From: Candidatus Micrarchaeota archaeon
Lineage (GTDB): Archaea > Micrarchaeota > Micrarchaeia > Micrarchaeales > CABMGC01
Length of the DNA stretch: 64,000 nt
Direction of reading: 5' to 3'
Assembly: GCA_021848025.1 (NCBI GenBank)
Contig: JAJZND010000015.1
Coordinates: 9,310 to 73,309, forward strand
Part shown: positions 1 through 10,969 of the stretch, piece by piece
How positions within the stretch are numbered: the stretch's first letter is position 1
Layout of the letters: the number at the start of each line of letters is the position of its first letter
Position numbers and translations under genes: made by a program
The notes under the pieces: generated by a model
The model's database searches: none
The model's input: only the letters and a program-made list of their open reading frames with translations
What the model was told of the DNA's origin: nothing

Positions 1-778
1 ACTCCCGCTCCAAGCGCGAGATGAACCTTGCTTCTGCGAAAGTAGGTGTAGACGGCAGGATCAGGCAGAGTGACTTATTTTTGAGGATACTTTCTATTTT
101 GGCGTTGTCTTTCAGGTATTTTACGCTTGAGTATATGACTTTTTCCGTTTTTTTACCCACATTTGCAAGTACAATTATTTTAGTATCTTGATTTATGATT
201 GTGCTCTTGGATTTTGAAGAGGCGTTTTCTATGATGGAGAGAGCTTCGCCGATTCTCATTGTCCGGTTTTCTTCGGAATTTATGTCCAGCAAAATAAGCG
301 TATGCTCGTTCGCAGATAAATTCCTGCTTAACGCATCAAGAAAAGACGCGGGCGTATAGTTTTGGTGCCAGAACGGTATTGTCACTATGGGTCCGAATCT
401 GTATATATCTAGACCGGATGCTCCGATAGCTGCAGTGAAGATCGAAGCTGCATGGATCACCTCCGTTCCTATTCCCTGCGAGCTTGCCTCTTCGATGATT
501 ATTCTGTGTGTTGTGGCTATCATGGGATCTCCTGGTATAAGGATGGCTAGATCCGATTTTTTAGCCTCTTCTACTGTTCTGCGTAAATTCTCCTCGAGTT
601 CTGATCTTTTTACTAAAACTATCTTCTTGCCGGATTCTTTCTCAAGATATTCGACATATTCCTCTTCCATTGGAGTGGTATATTTCTCGAGGAGAATTTT
701 GGATGCCCGTCTTAAGGCTTCTACCCCCCTTACTGAAATATCTTTAGACTCAAGTCCAAGGCCTATAAGAACCAGCAT
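1..778 (-). CDS. dph5: Diphthine synthase (runs off the window start)
   Basis: Not in the ORF track. Manual translation from ATG at 778 gives MLVLIGLGLESKDISVRGVEAL...LEKYTT...IPGDPMIATTH...SGLDIYRFGPIVTIPFW...HTLILLDI, which are Dph5 motifs. Confidence 0.93.
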   Translation of the reverse strand, partial: MLVLIGLGLESKDISVRGVEALRRASKILLEKYTTPMEEEYVEYLEKESGKKIVLVKRSELEENLRRTVEEAKKSDLAILIPGDPMIATTHRIIIEEASSQGIGTEVIHAASIFTAAIGASGLDIYRFGPIVTIPFWHQNYTPASFLDALSRNLSANEHTLILLDINSEENRTMRIGEALSIIENASSKSKSTIINQDTKIIVLANVGKKTEKVIYSSVKYLKDNAKIESILKNKSLCLILPSTPTFAEARFISRLERE

Positions 779-782
779 GCAA

Positions 783-1733
783 TTAGTCCCTTATGCCATT
801 TTGCGTTATCTTTATGACGGCTTCTCCTTCCGGCTGGCTGGGCGAATCGACAAGGCGGACAATTCTCTTCTCTTCTTTGCTCTTCCTAAGATACAGGCGT
901 GTTGTAGCGGCGTGTGCAATTATGTTGCCACCTACAGGGGTTGTAGGGTCTCCGAAGAGTATTCCAGGATTGTCCATCACCTGATTTGTGAAATACACTG
1001 CAAGATTATAAGTATCTGCAAGGCTTTGGAGCTTGTGTATGTGCGCATTCAGTTTCTGCTGCCTCTCTCCAAGGGCCCCCCGTCCGAGAAATTCAGATCT
1101 GAAGAGAGCCATCATGGAATCTACGATGATCATTTTTATGTTGTTGTCTCTTATCGCCTTGTCTGCCCGCTCTATGGTAAGTATCTGCTGCTCAGTAGTC
1201 TCTGCCCTAACTACGAGTATGTTATCAAGGGTGGCCTGAGGGTCCATCTCTGCGGCCTTTGCTATCTGCTCTATCCTCTCTGGGCGGAATGTGCCTTCTG
1301 TATCTATGAACAGCACTCTTCCATCAAGACCGCCTTTGCCTAATGGCATCTGGGCGTTTACTGCCAGTTGAAAGCCGAGCTGCGTCTTACCGGAGCCGAA
1401 CTTACCATATGCTTCAGTTATTGATTTTGCTTCAACTCCGCCACCAAGAAGTTCATCAAGCTCCTTCGCGTTGGTAGTGACCCTCCCTAGCGCCTTTCTG
1501 TTCTCATAGACTTGCGTGCCTGTGCTAAACTCTATAGTTGTAGACTGGCGCGCGGCTTCTATGGCCTTTTTAGCGCTCTCCACATTCATGCCAGACAATT
1601 CCGCAAGTTCGTGTGGCGATGAGACAGCTATCTTTTCAAGGGTGGTGTAGCCGGCTTCTTTTAGTTTTTCTGCTGTTGTAGGGCCGATTCCCGGCAGGTC
1701 TTCTATTTCCTTTATGCTCTTTTCCTTTGCCAT
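783..1733 (-). CDS. radA: DNA repair and recombination protein RadA
   Basis: N-terminal HhH (LPGIGPTTAEKL), Walker A GKFGSGKTQ, IDTEGTFRPER, GGNIIAHAATTRLYLRK. Confidence 0.97.
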   Translation of the reverse strand: MAKEKSIKEIEDLPGIGPTTAEKLKEAGYTTLEKIAVSSPHELAELSGMNVESAKKAIEAARQSTTIEFSTGTQVYENRKALGRVTTNAKELDELLGGGVEAKSITEAYGKFGSGKTQLGFQLAVNAQMPLGKGGLDGRVLFIDTEGTFRPERIEQIAKAAEMDPQATLDNILVVRAETTEQQILTIERADKAIRDNNIKMIIVDSMMALFRSEFLGRGALGERQQKLNAHIHKLQSLADTYNLAVYFTNQVMDNPGILFGDPTTPVGGNIIAHAATTRLYLRKSKEEKRIVRLVDSPSQPEGEAVIKITQNGIRD

Positions 1734-1814
1734 CGAGAATCACTAGTATAAGACTTTACATTAAAAATATCTATACAAAAGTATAAATAGCCGCATTTGA
1801 ATTGCAAAAATTAG

Positions 1815-1889
1815 AAAAAAAGGAAGAGGCCAGTGCGCGTAAACGCGCGCTGGCAAGGCGACCAGTTATACCCTTCCTCTGTAGAACCC
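1815..1889 (-). ncRNA. Candidate structured small RNA upstream of radA
   Basis: 12-bp GC-rich hairpin (1829-1854) enclosed by an outer GGAAGGG/CTCTTCC helix, a T7 run at the 3' end, and a TTTATAAA box about 25 nt upstream on the minus strand. Confidence 0.4.
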
Positions 1890-2018
1890 GTAGTTAATAT
1901 ATTGCAGGTTAAGTTTATAAATCTTACTTATTCTTATAACTTTTTTTATATTCCTGTTTTATACATGAAATGGGTTAATGGCTTTTAAGCATTTGGCGAG
2001 CATTTATAACCGGTAAGA

Positions 2019-2681
2019 ATGAAGACCTTCCTTACTCTTGATGCGTTTGGAGTTGTACTTGCAATTGTTTTTGGAGCCCTTATTTTCTACCTCGGAGGCA
2101 ATTATGGGCTCTTCTTCCTCGCAGTAATACTTTTCTTCCTGGTTGCCTCGGCGCTTGTGACCGAATTCAGGAAAGATGAAAAAAAGGCCATGCGCTTGTA
2201 TGAGAAGGCCAGGGGCTGGAAAAACGTCTTTGCTAATGGAATCGTACCGTTGCTGGCTGCAGCGCTGTATTATTACAACGGCGTTGCTTCGCTGAACATA
2301 CCGGCTAATGTAATAATCATTGCATATGTCGCCAGTGTGGCCGGGGCAACAGCAGATAAATTCTCTAGCGAGGTAGGAGTGCTGTTTGGGAGGCCCCGCA
2401 TGCTCCTTTCCATGAAAGAGGTCAGGCCTGGAGTTTCAGGTGGTGTTTCTGTGGCTGGCTTCATTGTAGGCCTGCTTGGATCCTACCTTATAAGCATGTC
2501 TCTGATGCAGTTTGGAATAGAGATTATACTTCTCTCGGCAGCGGCAGGTCTTGTCGGAGATACCTTCGATTCCGTCTTTGGCTTCTTCGAAGAGAAAGGA
2601 ATTGGGAATAAGTATACTTCAAACATAGCATGCGCGGTTACTGCTGCTGCTTTTGCAGCGCTTGTGTTTGTGGCTGTATAG
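2019..2681 (+). CDS. DUF92/TMEM19-family membrane protein
   Basis: Multiple TM segments; motifs RGWKNVFANG, ADKFSSEVG, PGVSGGVS, GDTFDSVFG. Confidence 0.85.
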   Translation: MKTFLTLDAFGVVLAIVFGALIFYLGGNYGLFFLAVILFFLVASALVTEFRKDEKKAMRLYEKARGWKNVFANGIVPLLAAALYYYNGVASLNIPANVIIIAYVASVAGATADKFSSEVGVLFGRPRMLLSMKEVRPGVSGGVSVAGFIVGLLGSYLISMSLMQFGIEIILLSAAAGLVGDTFDSVFGFFEEKGIGNKYTSNIACAVTAAAFAALVFVAV

Positions 2682-2717
2682 GCCCCTGCTTCTTGCAGGT
2701 TGAAGCACCACGGGCGC

Positions 2718-3491
2718 CTATCTTATATATGTCATATTCTCCTTTGAGGGTGCCTGGCCTGCCTCTCCTGACAGCGCCCTGGCCTGTTCCTCCTGCAGAT
2801 TCTTGAGTATCTTCTCCGTCTCTTTCTTTATCTTGTCTATATTTTCCAGATTTATATCTATTGAGAGGAGCTTCATCATTACCTTAAGGACTGCTTTTGC
2901 GGCATTGGCATCTATTTCTAAAAGCCCGGTTTCCCCCATAATGCACGCGCTGTTTATGTCGTGAAGCTTTGACAATGCAGGTATTATGCCTGCTGATCCC
3001 CAAATGGACCCAGACGCGTGCCCGAATATTATGCCTAATTTCTTAAGATCATTTATTGTCTTTTTGTTGGTTGCAACGCCGAAGACCCTTGGGTTCTGCA
3101 CGTATTGCGGGCCTGCGCTGTATCCGCCTATAGTATAAATATACTTGCTGTCGAACTTTTTCATGAATTTTACTATCTTTTCATTTACATCGTACTGCCC
3201 CCTCGGAGTGCCTGCCTGGGTATCCCCTACCAGGAGCACTATGCTCCTTCCTTCCTTATTCTTGAAATGATAAAATCTGTTGTTTACAAGGCGTAGTCCG
3301 CCGTTCCTCTGCATGATTGCCTGATGTGGAAAATATGGTGAGTAAAGCGATGCAAATTTCTCTGCCTTCATTTCGTTTTTTATATGCTCGGCAACCATAC
3401 TGCCTACACTGCCTATTCCTGGAAGCCCTACCACCATTATTGGATCCTTCAGCTTTAGTTTTTTATTATAAAAGATAGTGGTCTTTCTCAT
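2718..3491 (-). CDS. PAC2-family proteasome assembly chaperone
   Basis: GLPGIGSVG, CIMGET and C-terminal YIR; conserved position after aIF2 alpha. Confidence 0.88.
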   Translation of the reverse strand: MRKTTIFYNKKLKLKDPIMVVGLPGIGSVGSMVAEHIKNEMKAEKFASLYSPYFPHQAIMQRNGGLRLVNNRFYHFKNKEGRSIVLLVGDTQAGTPRGQYDVNEKIVKFMKKFDSKYIYTIGGYSAGPQYVQNPRVFGVATNKKTINDLKKLGIIFGHASGSIWGSAGIIPALSKLHDINSACIMGETGLLEIDANAAKAVLKVMMKLLSIDINLENIDKIKKETEKILKNLQEEQARALSGEAGQAPSKENMTYIR

Positions 3492-4255
3492 GTTTTCGCC
3501 TTATCTTCCTTTATGTTAAAGTATATTTGTTTTGCATATTTATTTAATATCTTGTTGGCTTCCTTTATCTTGTTCTCTGCTTTTGGATAACTGCTATCCT
3601 CAGAAAGCAGGCTGTATCTCGGCGCGCCCAGGTATATTATTTTAACTCCCTGCTTTGCTATCTCTAATAGTGCCTGCTTTATGATTTCTATGTTTGCTGC
3701 AGGATTAGTAAGCCTCATCTCCAGCAGATAGGAAACCTCATATTTCTTTGGCTTTATGTTCTTTTCCACTATGTCGAGGAAGGATTTCCTGAACTCGATA
3801 TTTGAGACTATGCCATCTATAGAACTATGGTTTTCGGCAACTTTATTTAGGAACTCCGAATATGTAGCAAACTTATTTGCTACCTCTTCCTTTATTTTCT
3901 CTTTCTCGGCCTCTGTTTTGGAGAGGGTAATAGCCTGATCGAATAGGTGTTCTGCCCTGTTTTCAAGACCGAAATCGCTTTTCTTCGCCTCTTTTTCCCT
4001 TGGTGTAGCTTTTTTAAGAGAGATGTCTATAGTTCTCTTCTGCGGATCTACCTGAAGGACTTTGCCTACGTCTTTTTGCCCTTCTTTGAGGAATTCGTGT
4101 ATGTTTTTTATCCAGCCTGAAGCTATCTCTGATATGGGCAGGTAAGCGTCTAGCCCGTATTCTGTGAGTTCGCAGTATGCACCATGCGGCATTATCTTTT
4201 TAATTTTGATCAATACAAGTTCGCCGGTTTTGGGCATACTTTTTTTAATAATCAA
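3488..4255 (-). CDS. eif2a: Translation initiation factor 2 alpha subunit (TTG start)
   Basis: S1 domain (GELV...GAYCELTEY...ISEIASGWIKNI) and YLGAPRY. Confidence 0.93.
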   Translation of the reverse strand: MIIKKSMPKTGELVLIKIKKIMPHGAYCELTEYGLDAYLPISEIASGWIKNIHEFLKEGQKDVGKVLQVDPQKRTIDISLKKATPREKEAKKSDFGLENRAEHLFDQAITLSKTEAEKEKIKEEVANKFATYSEFLNKVAENHSSIDGIVSNIEFRKSFLDIVEKNIKPKKYEVSYLLEMRLTNPAANIEIIKQALLEIAKQGVKIIYLGAPRYSLLSEDSSYPKAENKIKEANKILNKYAKQIYFNIKEDKAKT

Positions 4256-4265
4256 CTTTTAACAC

Positions 4266-4547
4266 CTATTTCTTAATCTCTATTTTCTTCTTCGTTCTTT
4301 TTGAGAATACCTTTTCGACGTTCTTTTTGCATACCTTGCATTCGAGGAGGACTTTCTGCCTCTTCCCAAGCTTTTTAGGGTGTATCTTGAGTTCTACGCT
4401 TCCCACATAGCCACTTATTGCGCGGTTGTGACGCCTGGTTGCCTTGCTTAGGCCGCGCTGCGCTCCTTTCGACACATTCCTGACTATGTGTTCTGTGTGC
4501 TTGTTGCAGTTAGGGCAGAATGTCCTTACTTCCTTCTCTATTTTCAT
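4266..4547 (-). CDS. rpl44e: 50S ribosomal protein L44e
   Basis: RTFCPNCNKHTEH...LECKVC; gene context. Confidence 0.9.
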   Translation of the reverse strand: MKIEKEVRTFCPNCNKHTEHIVRNVSKGAQRGLSKATRRHNRAISGYVGSVELKIHPKKLGKRQKVLLECKVCKKNVEKVFSKRTKKKIEIKK

Positions 4548-4556
4548 AACATCATC

Positions 4557-5039
4557 TTAGTTTGTTGTTTCTCCTATGTTGTTGTTGAGTATGAATTCTA
4601 TGTCTTGCTTGTCGTTGGTTTCTATTATTTCGTTCTGTTTGTACGGACCTATCTTTTTGCCATATGGCGTAGATATCTCCGGTATTTCCGAAACTATCTT
4701 TATTTTTATCTTGTTTTTATTTCCTTGCTCTTGTTCTACGAGTTTTTTGATTTGTGTGTAAAGGAGTTCTTCCTCCTCCGGCACCGGCACAGGTATCTGC
4801 TTCCCATAGGCCAGATATGTGAGTATCTTCTGAATTCTGCGGGCTTTTAGCGATTCGACCAGTTTTGTTGCGCTGGTAGTTGAAAATCCTGCGTTGTTTG
4901 CTCTGCTGCTTACATATATCTTTTCTCTTACTCTTTTATAAAAATCTTTCGGCAGCGGTAGTAGCTCTCCTGTTTTCTTCTCTTTGTCTACTTTATCGAA
5001 CAGTTCTTCTATTCTTTCATCATCGGCCACTGCTACCAC
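4557..5039 (-). CDS. GINS complex subunit (Gins51/Gins15-like)
   Basis: LLPLPKDFY, RRIQKI helical A-domain, C-terminal B-domain (IPEI...IGPY); typical position upstream of rpl44e. Confidence 0.75.
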   Translation of the reverse strand: MVAVADDERIEELFDKVDKEKKTGELLPLPKDFYKRVREKIYVSSRANNAGFSTTSATKLVESLKARRIQKILTYLAYGKQIPVPVPEEEELLYTQIKKLVEQEQGNKNKIKIKIVSEIPEISTPYGKKIGPYKQNEIIETNDKQDIEFILNNNIGETTN

Positions 5040-5161
5040 GGTTCATTTCCACTATTTTTTAAGTTTGTTTACCAATATATTATTAGTATTTGTATTATTT
5101 ATAAGAAACATAATATAAAGCAAGGAGAATAGTGGAAATGCAGGGTGCTTCGCTGTTTGAA

Positions 5162-5236
5162 TAGCGAGGGGTGGATTTGAACCACCGATCTCCGGGTTAT
5201 GAGCCCGGCGGGCACTCCGAGCTACCCTACCTCGCT
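5162..5236 (-). tRNA. tRNA-Met initiator (CAT)
   Basis: Cloverleaf AGCGAGG...CCGGG CTCATAA CCCGG...GGTGG TTCAAAT CCACC CCTCGCT A, with A1-U72 and three G-C pairs in the anticodon stem. Confidence 0.96.
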
Positions 5237-5242
5237 GCTTGT

Positions 5243-5974
5243 TCATCTGTTTTGGACCGCTACTGATTCCGCTTCTTCCCGGGTGAGCATCTTCAAGCTC
5301 TTACCGCATTCGCATAAGAAATCCGATTCGAAAGCGACATCGAACGGGAAGATTATGTGTTGCGAAGGATAGCACACTTCACAAATGAAGAAATCGTTAC
5401 AGTTTTTAGGAAGTGCAGGCACGGCATGTTCCGATATCGAAGTGATTTTTTTGTTGAATTCCGTCACGGAGCCGCTATCTATATACCATCTAAAAGTAAG
5501 CCAGCCTTTCTTGTCCTTGTCCACCAAGTATCTTATTATACCGTAATTGTTAAGCAGGTTCAGCATTCTTCTGGCTTCGTTTAACTTTATATTAAGCTTT
5601 TCAGCCATTTTCTCATCCACAGATGGGCCGTAGCTAAGTTCTATTAAGATATCGTTTGCCCTGCTCCCTACATTCTTCGATATATACTCGTGGAAGGTGT
5701 CATTTGCTATTATGTTGCGTGCATCGGCAAGGTTCTGCTTTAGTATGTTTTCGGCTATTGCGGCTGTCCGGGCCGAAGCGTTCGCCTCTGCCTTGGCAGC
5801 CTTTTCTTTCCGAACTACCGCTGATTTTTTCCCGTGAGCAGTGCTCGCCGCTGGTTTGCTTGCGATTTTTAATTTAGATGTTTTAGGGTGAAGGCCCTTC
5901 TTGCCTGCCTTCAAACTGATGTCGCTTTTTTTTAAAACATGCTTTAATCCTGATTGCATTTTTTTGTTATTCAT
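5243..5974 (-). CDS. tfe: Transcription factor E alpha with a basic N-terminal extension
   Basis: wHTH (DEKMAEKLNIKLNEARRMLNLL...GWLTFRW) and Zn ribbon (FFICEVC...FLCECG). Confidence 0.85.
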   Translation of the reverse strand: MNNKKMQSGLKHVLKKSDISLKAGKKGLHPKTSKLKIASKPAASTAHGKKSAVVRKEKAAKAEANASARTAAIAENILKQNLADARNIIANDTFHEYISKNVGSRANDILIELSYGPSVDEKMAEKLNIKLNEARRMLNLLNNYGIIRYLVDKDKKGWLTFRWYIDSGSVTEFNKKITSISEHAVPALPKNCNDFFICEVCYPSQHIIFPFDVAFESDFLCECGKSLKMLTREEAESVAVQNR

Positions 5975-6177
5975 GGGAGCGCCTCGGAAGAGTAGTAATT
6001 AAATTATAGTGATTCACATATAAATACCTTATGTTAAAACTGACGGATAAGTAGAATATTTACAACAGAATACCAGGACCCTGGATCTACAAATACTGAA
6101 TCCAGCGACGCATTAAAATGTACAGCAGGTCATCTTCCATGTCTCTGCACGCCAGATTTCTTATGAAAAGGCTAAAA

Positions 6178-6252
6178 CGGGCCCGGTGGGATTCGGACCC
6201 ACGACTTGCTGGTTAAGAGCCAGCCACTCTGACCAGGCTGAGTTACGGACCC
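6178..6252 (-). tRNA. tRNA-Lys (CTT)
   Basis: GGGTCCG TA ACTC...GAGT G GCTGG CTCTTAA CCAGC AAGTC GTGGG TCCGAAT CCCAC CGGGCCC G. The T-loop has C at position 55. Confidence 0.93.
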
Positions 6253-6490
6253 ATGGTAAGGCGGATTACTTTTAGAATTAAGCATAGTTATATGCTTTGA
6301 AAAGGTTTATATTAATGAAACCAGACACCATTTTCACTCAAATAAAACATGCAAATAACTGTTGGGGATGCCAAGGAAAGTCAGAAAGGCATACAGAATC
6401 CGCACTTCCAATTCTGTCATCGTAAAAAGGCTTTGAAAAGGTTTATAGCTCTTTAAAGCAAATGGTTATATCACACCTTCTAGTTGATAA

Positions 6491-8407
<1,917 letters not shown>

Positions 8408-8409
8408 AC

Positions 8410-10848
8410 ATGCAAGAAATAGTGCAAACCAAGTTAGAGGACGAGCTCCAGTCGAGTTACATAGACTACGCGATGAGCGTAATAATAGGCAGGGCCATAC
8501 CAGATGCAAGGGACGGCCTGAAGCCTGTACAGCGCAGGATACTATTTACTATGTATAACCTCAAGAACTTCTACAACCAGCCAACCAAGAAGAGCGCAAG
8601 GATCGTGGGCGATTGCATGGGCAAATACCACCCACATGGGGACATGGCGATATACGACGCAATCGCACACATGGCCCAAAATTTCGCAATGAATCACACG
8701 CTAGTATACGGCCAAGGTAATTTCGGTTCGGTAGACGGCGATCCCCCTGCAGCCCAAAGATATACTGAGGTTAAACTGGAGAGGCTTGCAGAAGAGATAT
8801 TGGAAGACCTCGATAAAGAGACAGTAGAGATGGTTCCTAATTTCGATGATACTGAAGAAGAACCTACAATACTTCCAGGAAAGGTCCCAAATTTATTGAT
8901 CAACGGAGCTACAGGAATTGCAGTAGGGGTAGCTACCAGCATACCCCCTCATAATCTTGGAGAGATATGCGATGCTGTGGTGCTCAGACTCGGTAAAAAA
9001 GATTGCACCACAGATGATATCCTTAATGTGGTAAAGGGCCCGGATTTTCCTACCGGTGGCATAGCAGTGATATCTCAAAACGCCCTTAATGGATATCGTT
9101 ACGGAAGGGGCCAGCTTAGTGTAAAGGCAAAGGCGGAGATAGATGAAAAAGCCAAGCGCATAACAATACAAGAAATACCCTATAACGTAAACAAGTCGAA
9201 CCTCATGCAAAGCATGGCCCAGCTTGCCAAAGACAAGGTAATAAACGGGTTAAGGGACATAAGGGACGAAAGCGACAAGAGCGGCATAAGGATAGTTGTA
9301 GATTACAGAGAAGAAGGAAGCGGAGAGCAGATACTAAATATGCTCTACAAGCACACCCAACTGCAAACAACCTTTCCAATAATAAACCTTGCAGTGATAG
9401 GAAAGGCCCTCAAGAGTCTGAACATAGTGCAGATGATAGATGCGTTCCTGGAGCACAGGCGGGACGTGGTTATGAAGAGGTCAAAACACGAGCTTGACGT
9501 AGCAGAAGCTAGGCTCCATATAGTGGAGGGGCTGCTGATTGCAATAGGGAGCATAGATGCCATAATTACAACTATAAAAGGAAGCAATGAGGTAAGCGAA
9601 GCCAGATCCAAGCTGATGTCAGGGTTCAGCCTCACAGAAAAACAGGCCAATGCTATACTCGACATGAAACTCAGCAGGCTTACGCACCTTGAGAACACTT
9701 CACTTGAAGAGGAGAAGAAAGAACTCGAAGCAAAAGTTGGTTACTACAACAATGTAATAACCAACCATAACGAGATAGACCGTATCATCACTGAAGAAAC
9801 TCTGGAACTTAAAAAGAAGTATGCAAGGCCGAGGAGAACAGAGATAGTTTATACTGATGAGGATGCAGAGATAACAAATGAGGACATCATAACAAATGAG
9901 AAGGTCACTATAATACTAACCAGCAACGGTTACGTTAAGAGGCTTGGTCTCGAGAATTACAAAGAGCAGGGGAGAGGCGGCAGGGGCATCATCTCAATAA
10001 GCCTAAAGGAGGGCGATTATGCGAGGCAGATACTTACGTGCAACAACAAGGACTTGATAATTTGCCTGACAAACACAGGCAGGGCTTACTGGATTAAAGC
10101 TTACAATGTACCAGAAAGCGGCAGATACTCCGAAGGAAAGGCCATAGTCAACCTTGTGGATATGAAGGACGAGAAGATAATAAAAGTGCTAAACGTAAGC
10201 GAATTCACCAACTACAACATAGCCTTCCTAACGTCTAAAGGCATAGTGAAGAAGACTGAGGCATCCCTTTTCTCGCATCCAAGATCTAATGGCATAAGAG
10301 CCATAAGACTGAATGAAGGAGATCAGATAGCAGATGTAATAATGTATTCAAAGGAAAAGAATCTAATAATAGCTACCAGAAACGGGCAGGCGATAAAGTT
10401 CGAAGAGAGCGACATCAGGCATATCGGCAGAAATGCGACAGGAGTGCGTGGCATACGGCTAAAAGGGGATGATAAGGCAGAGAACATAATAGCTGCAGAC
10501 GAACACGGCAGCATACTTTCAATTACCGAGAATGGGTACGGTAAGATTACTGACATAAACGCATACAGGCTGCAAAGCAGAGGAGGGAGCGGCGTAATAA
10601 ATCTTAAGGTAAATCAAAAGACAGGTCATGTGTGCAAATGCCTCTTTTTAAGCGGAGATGACAAAATAACCCTTATCAATTCGCTGGGAGTTAGCATAAC
10701 GTTTCCAACAAACGAGATTAGGGTGACTGGCAGGGCAGCCAGCGGAGTCAGGCTAATGCATCTTTCTCCTGAAGTGAAGGTGGTAGATGCAATACTTTTA
10801 GTTAGCAAAGGGGAGCGAGAAACCCCACCCACTTCAGGTACGGGATGA
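8410..10848 (+). CDS. gyrA: DNA gyrase subunit A
   Basis: DGLKPVQRR, YHPHGD, AAQRYTE (catalytic Tyr), GyrA-box QGRGGRG, beta-pinwheel repeats. Confidence 0.97.
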   Translation: MQEIVQTKLEDELQSSYIDYAMSVIIGRAIPDARDGLKPVQRRILFTMYNLKNFYNQPTKKSARIVGDCMGKYHPHGDMAIYDAIAHMAQNFAMNHTLVYGQGNFGSVDGDPPAAQRYTEVKLERLAEEILEDLDKETVEMVPNFDDTEEEPTILPGKVPNLLINGATGIAVGVATSIPPHNLGEICDAVVLRLGKKDCTTDDILNVVKGPDFPTGGIAVISQNALNGYRYGRGQLSVKAKAEIDEKAKRITIQEIPYNVNKSNLMQSMAQLAKDKVINGLRDIRDESDKSGIRIVVDYREEGSGEQILNMLYKHTQLQTTFPIINLAVIGKALKSLNIVQMIDAFLEHRRDVVMKRSKHELDVAEARLHIVEGLLIAIGSIDAIITTIKGSNEVSEARSKLMSGFSLTEKQANAILDMKLSRLTHLENTSLEEEKKELEAKVGYYNNVITNHNEIDRIITEETLELKKKYARPRRTEIVYTDEDAEITNEDIITNEKVTIILTSNGYVKRLGLENYKEQGRGGRGIISISLKEGDYARQILTCNNKDLIICLTNTGRAYWIKAYNVPESGRYSEGKAIVNLVDMKDEKIIKVLNVSEFTNYNIAFLTSKGIVKKTEASLFSHPRSNGIRAIRLNEGDQIADVIMYSKEKNLIIATRNGQAIKFEESDIRHIGRNATGVRGIRLKGDDKAENIIAADEHGSILSITENGYGKITDINAYRLQSRGGSGVINLKVNQKTGHVCKCLFLSGDDKITLINSLGVSITFPTNEIRVTGRAASGVRLMHLSPEVKVVDAILLVSKGERETPPTSGTG

Positions 10849-10922
10849 GAGCAAACCGCAAAACAACAACATAGATCCCATAAGTGGAGGAAGCCCACAC
10901 TGCTTGCAGGCGGGTAGGTCAC
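10806..10922 (+). mobile_element. Non-autonomous miniature IS200/IS605-family element (PATE-like), 117 bp
   Basis: Left end: target TTAG (10802-10805), guide AAAC (10820-10823), then hairpin CCCACC-CACTTCA-GGTACGGG. Right end: guide GAAG (10890-10893), hairpin CCCACACTGC-TT-GCAGGCGGG, terminal TCAC. Both guide/cleavage pairs fit the IS608 pairing rule. No ORF inside. Confidence 0.7.
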
Positions 10923-10969
10923 TGAAAGAAGCAAGTGCATGACGCCATAACTGAAAACATATACTGCGC

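Noticed and set aside
387..1343. 318-aa + strand ORF and the many other antisense or alternate-frame ORFs in the track
   Set aside because: They are shadows of clear genes (radA, dph5, tuf, guaB and others) and have no recognisable motifs.
5052..5246. 64-aa minus-strand ORF
   Set aside because: It overlaps tRNA-iMet on the same strand.
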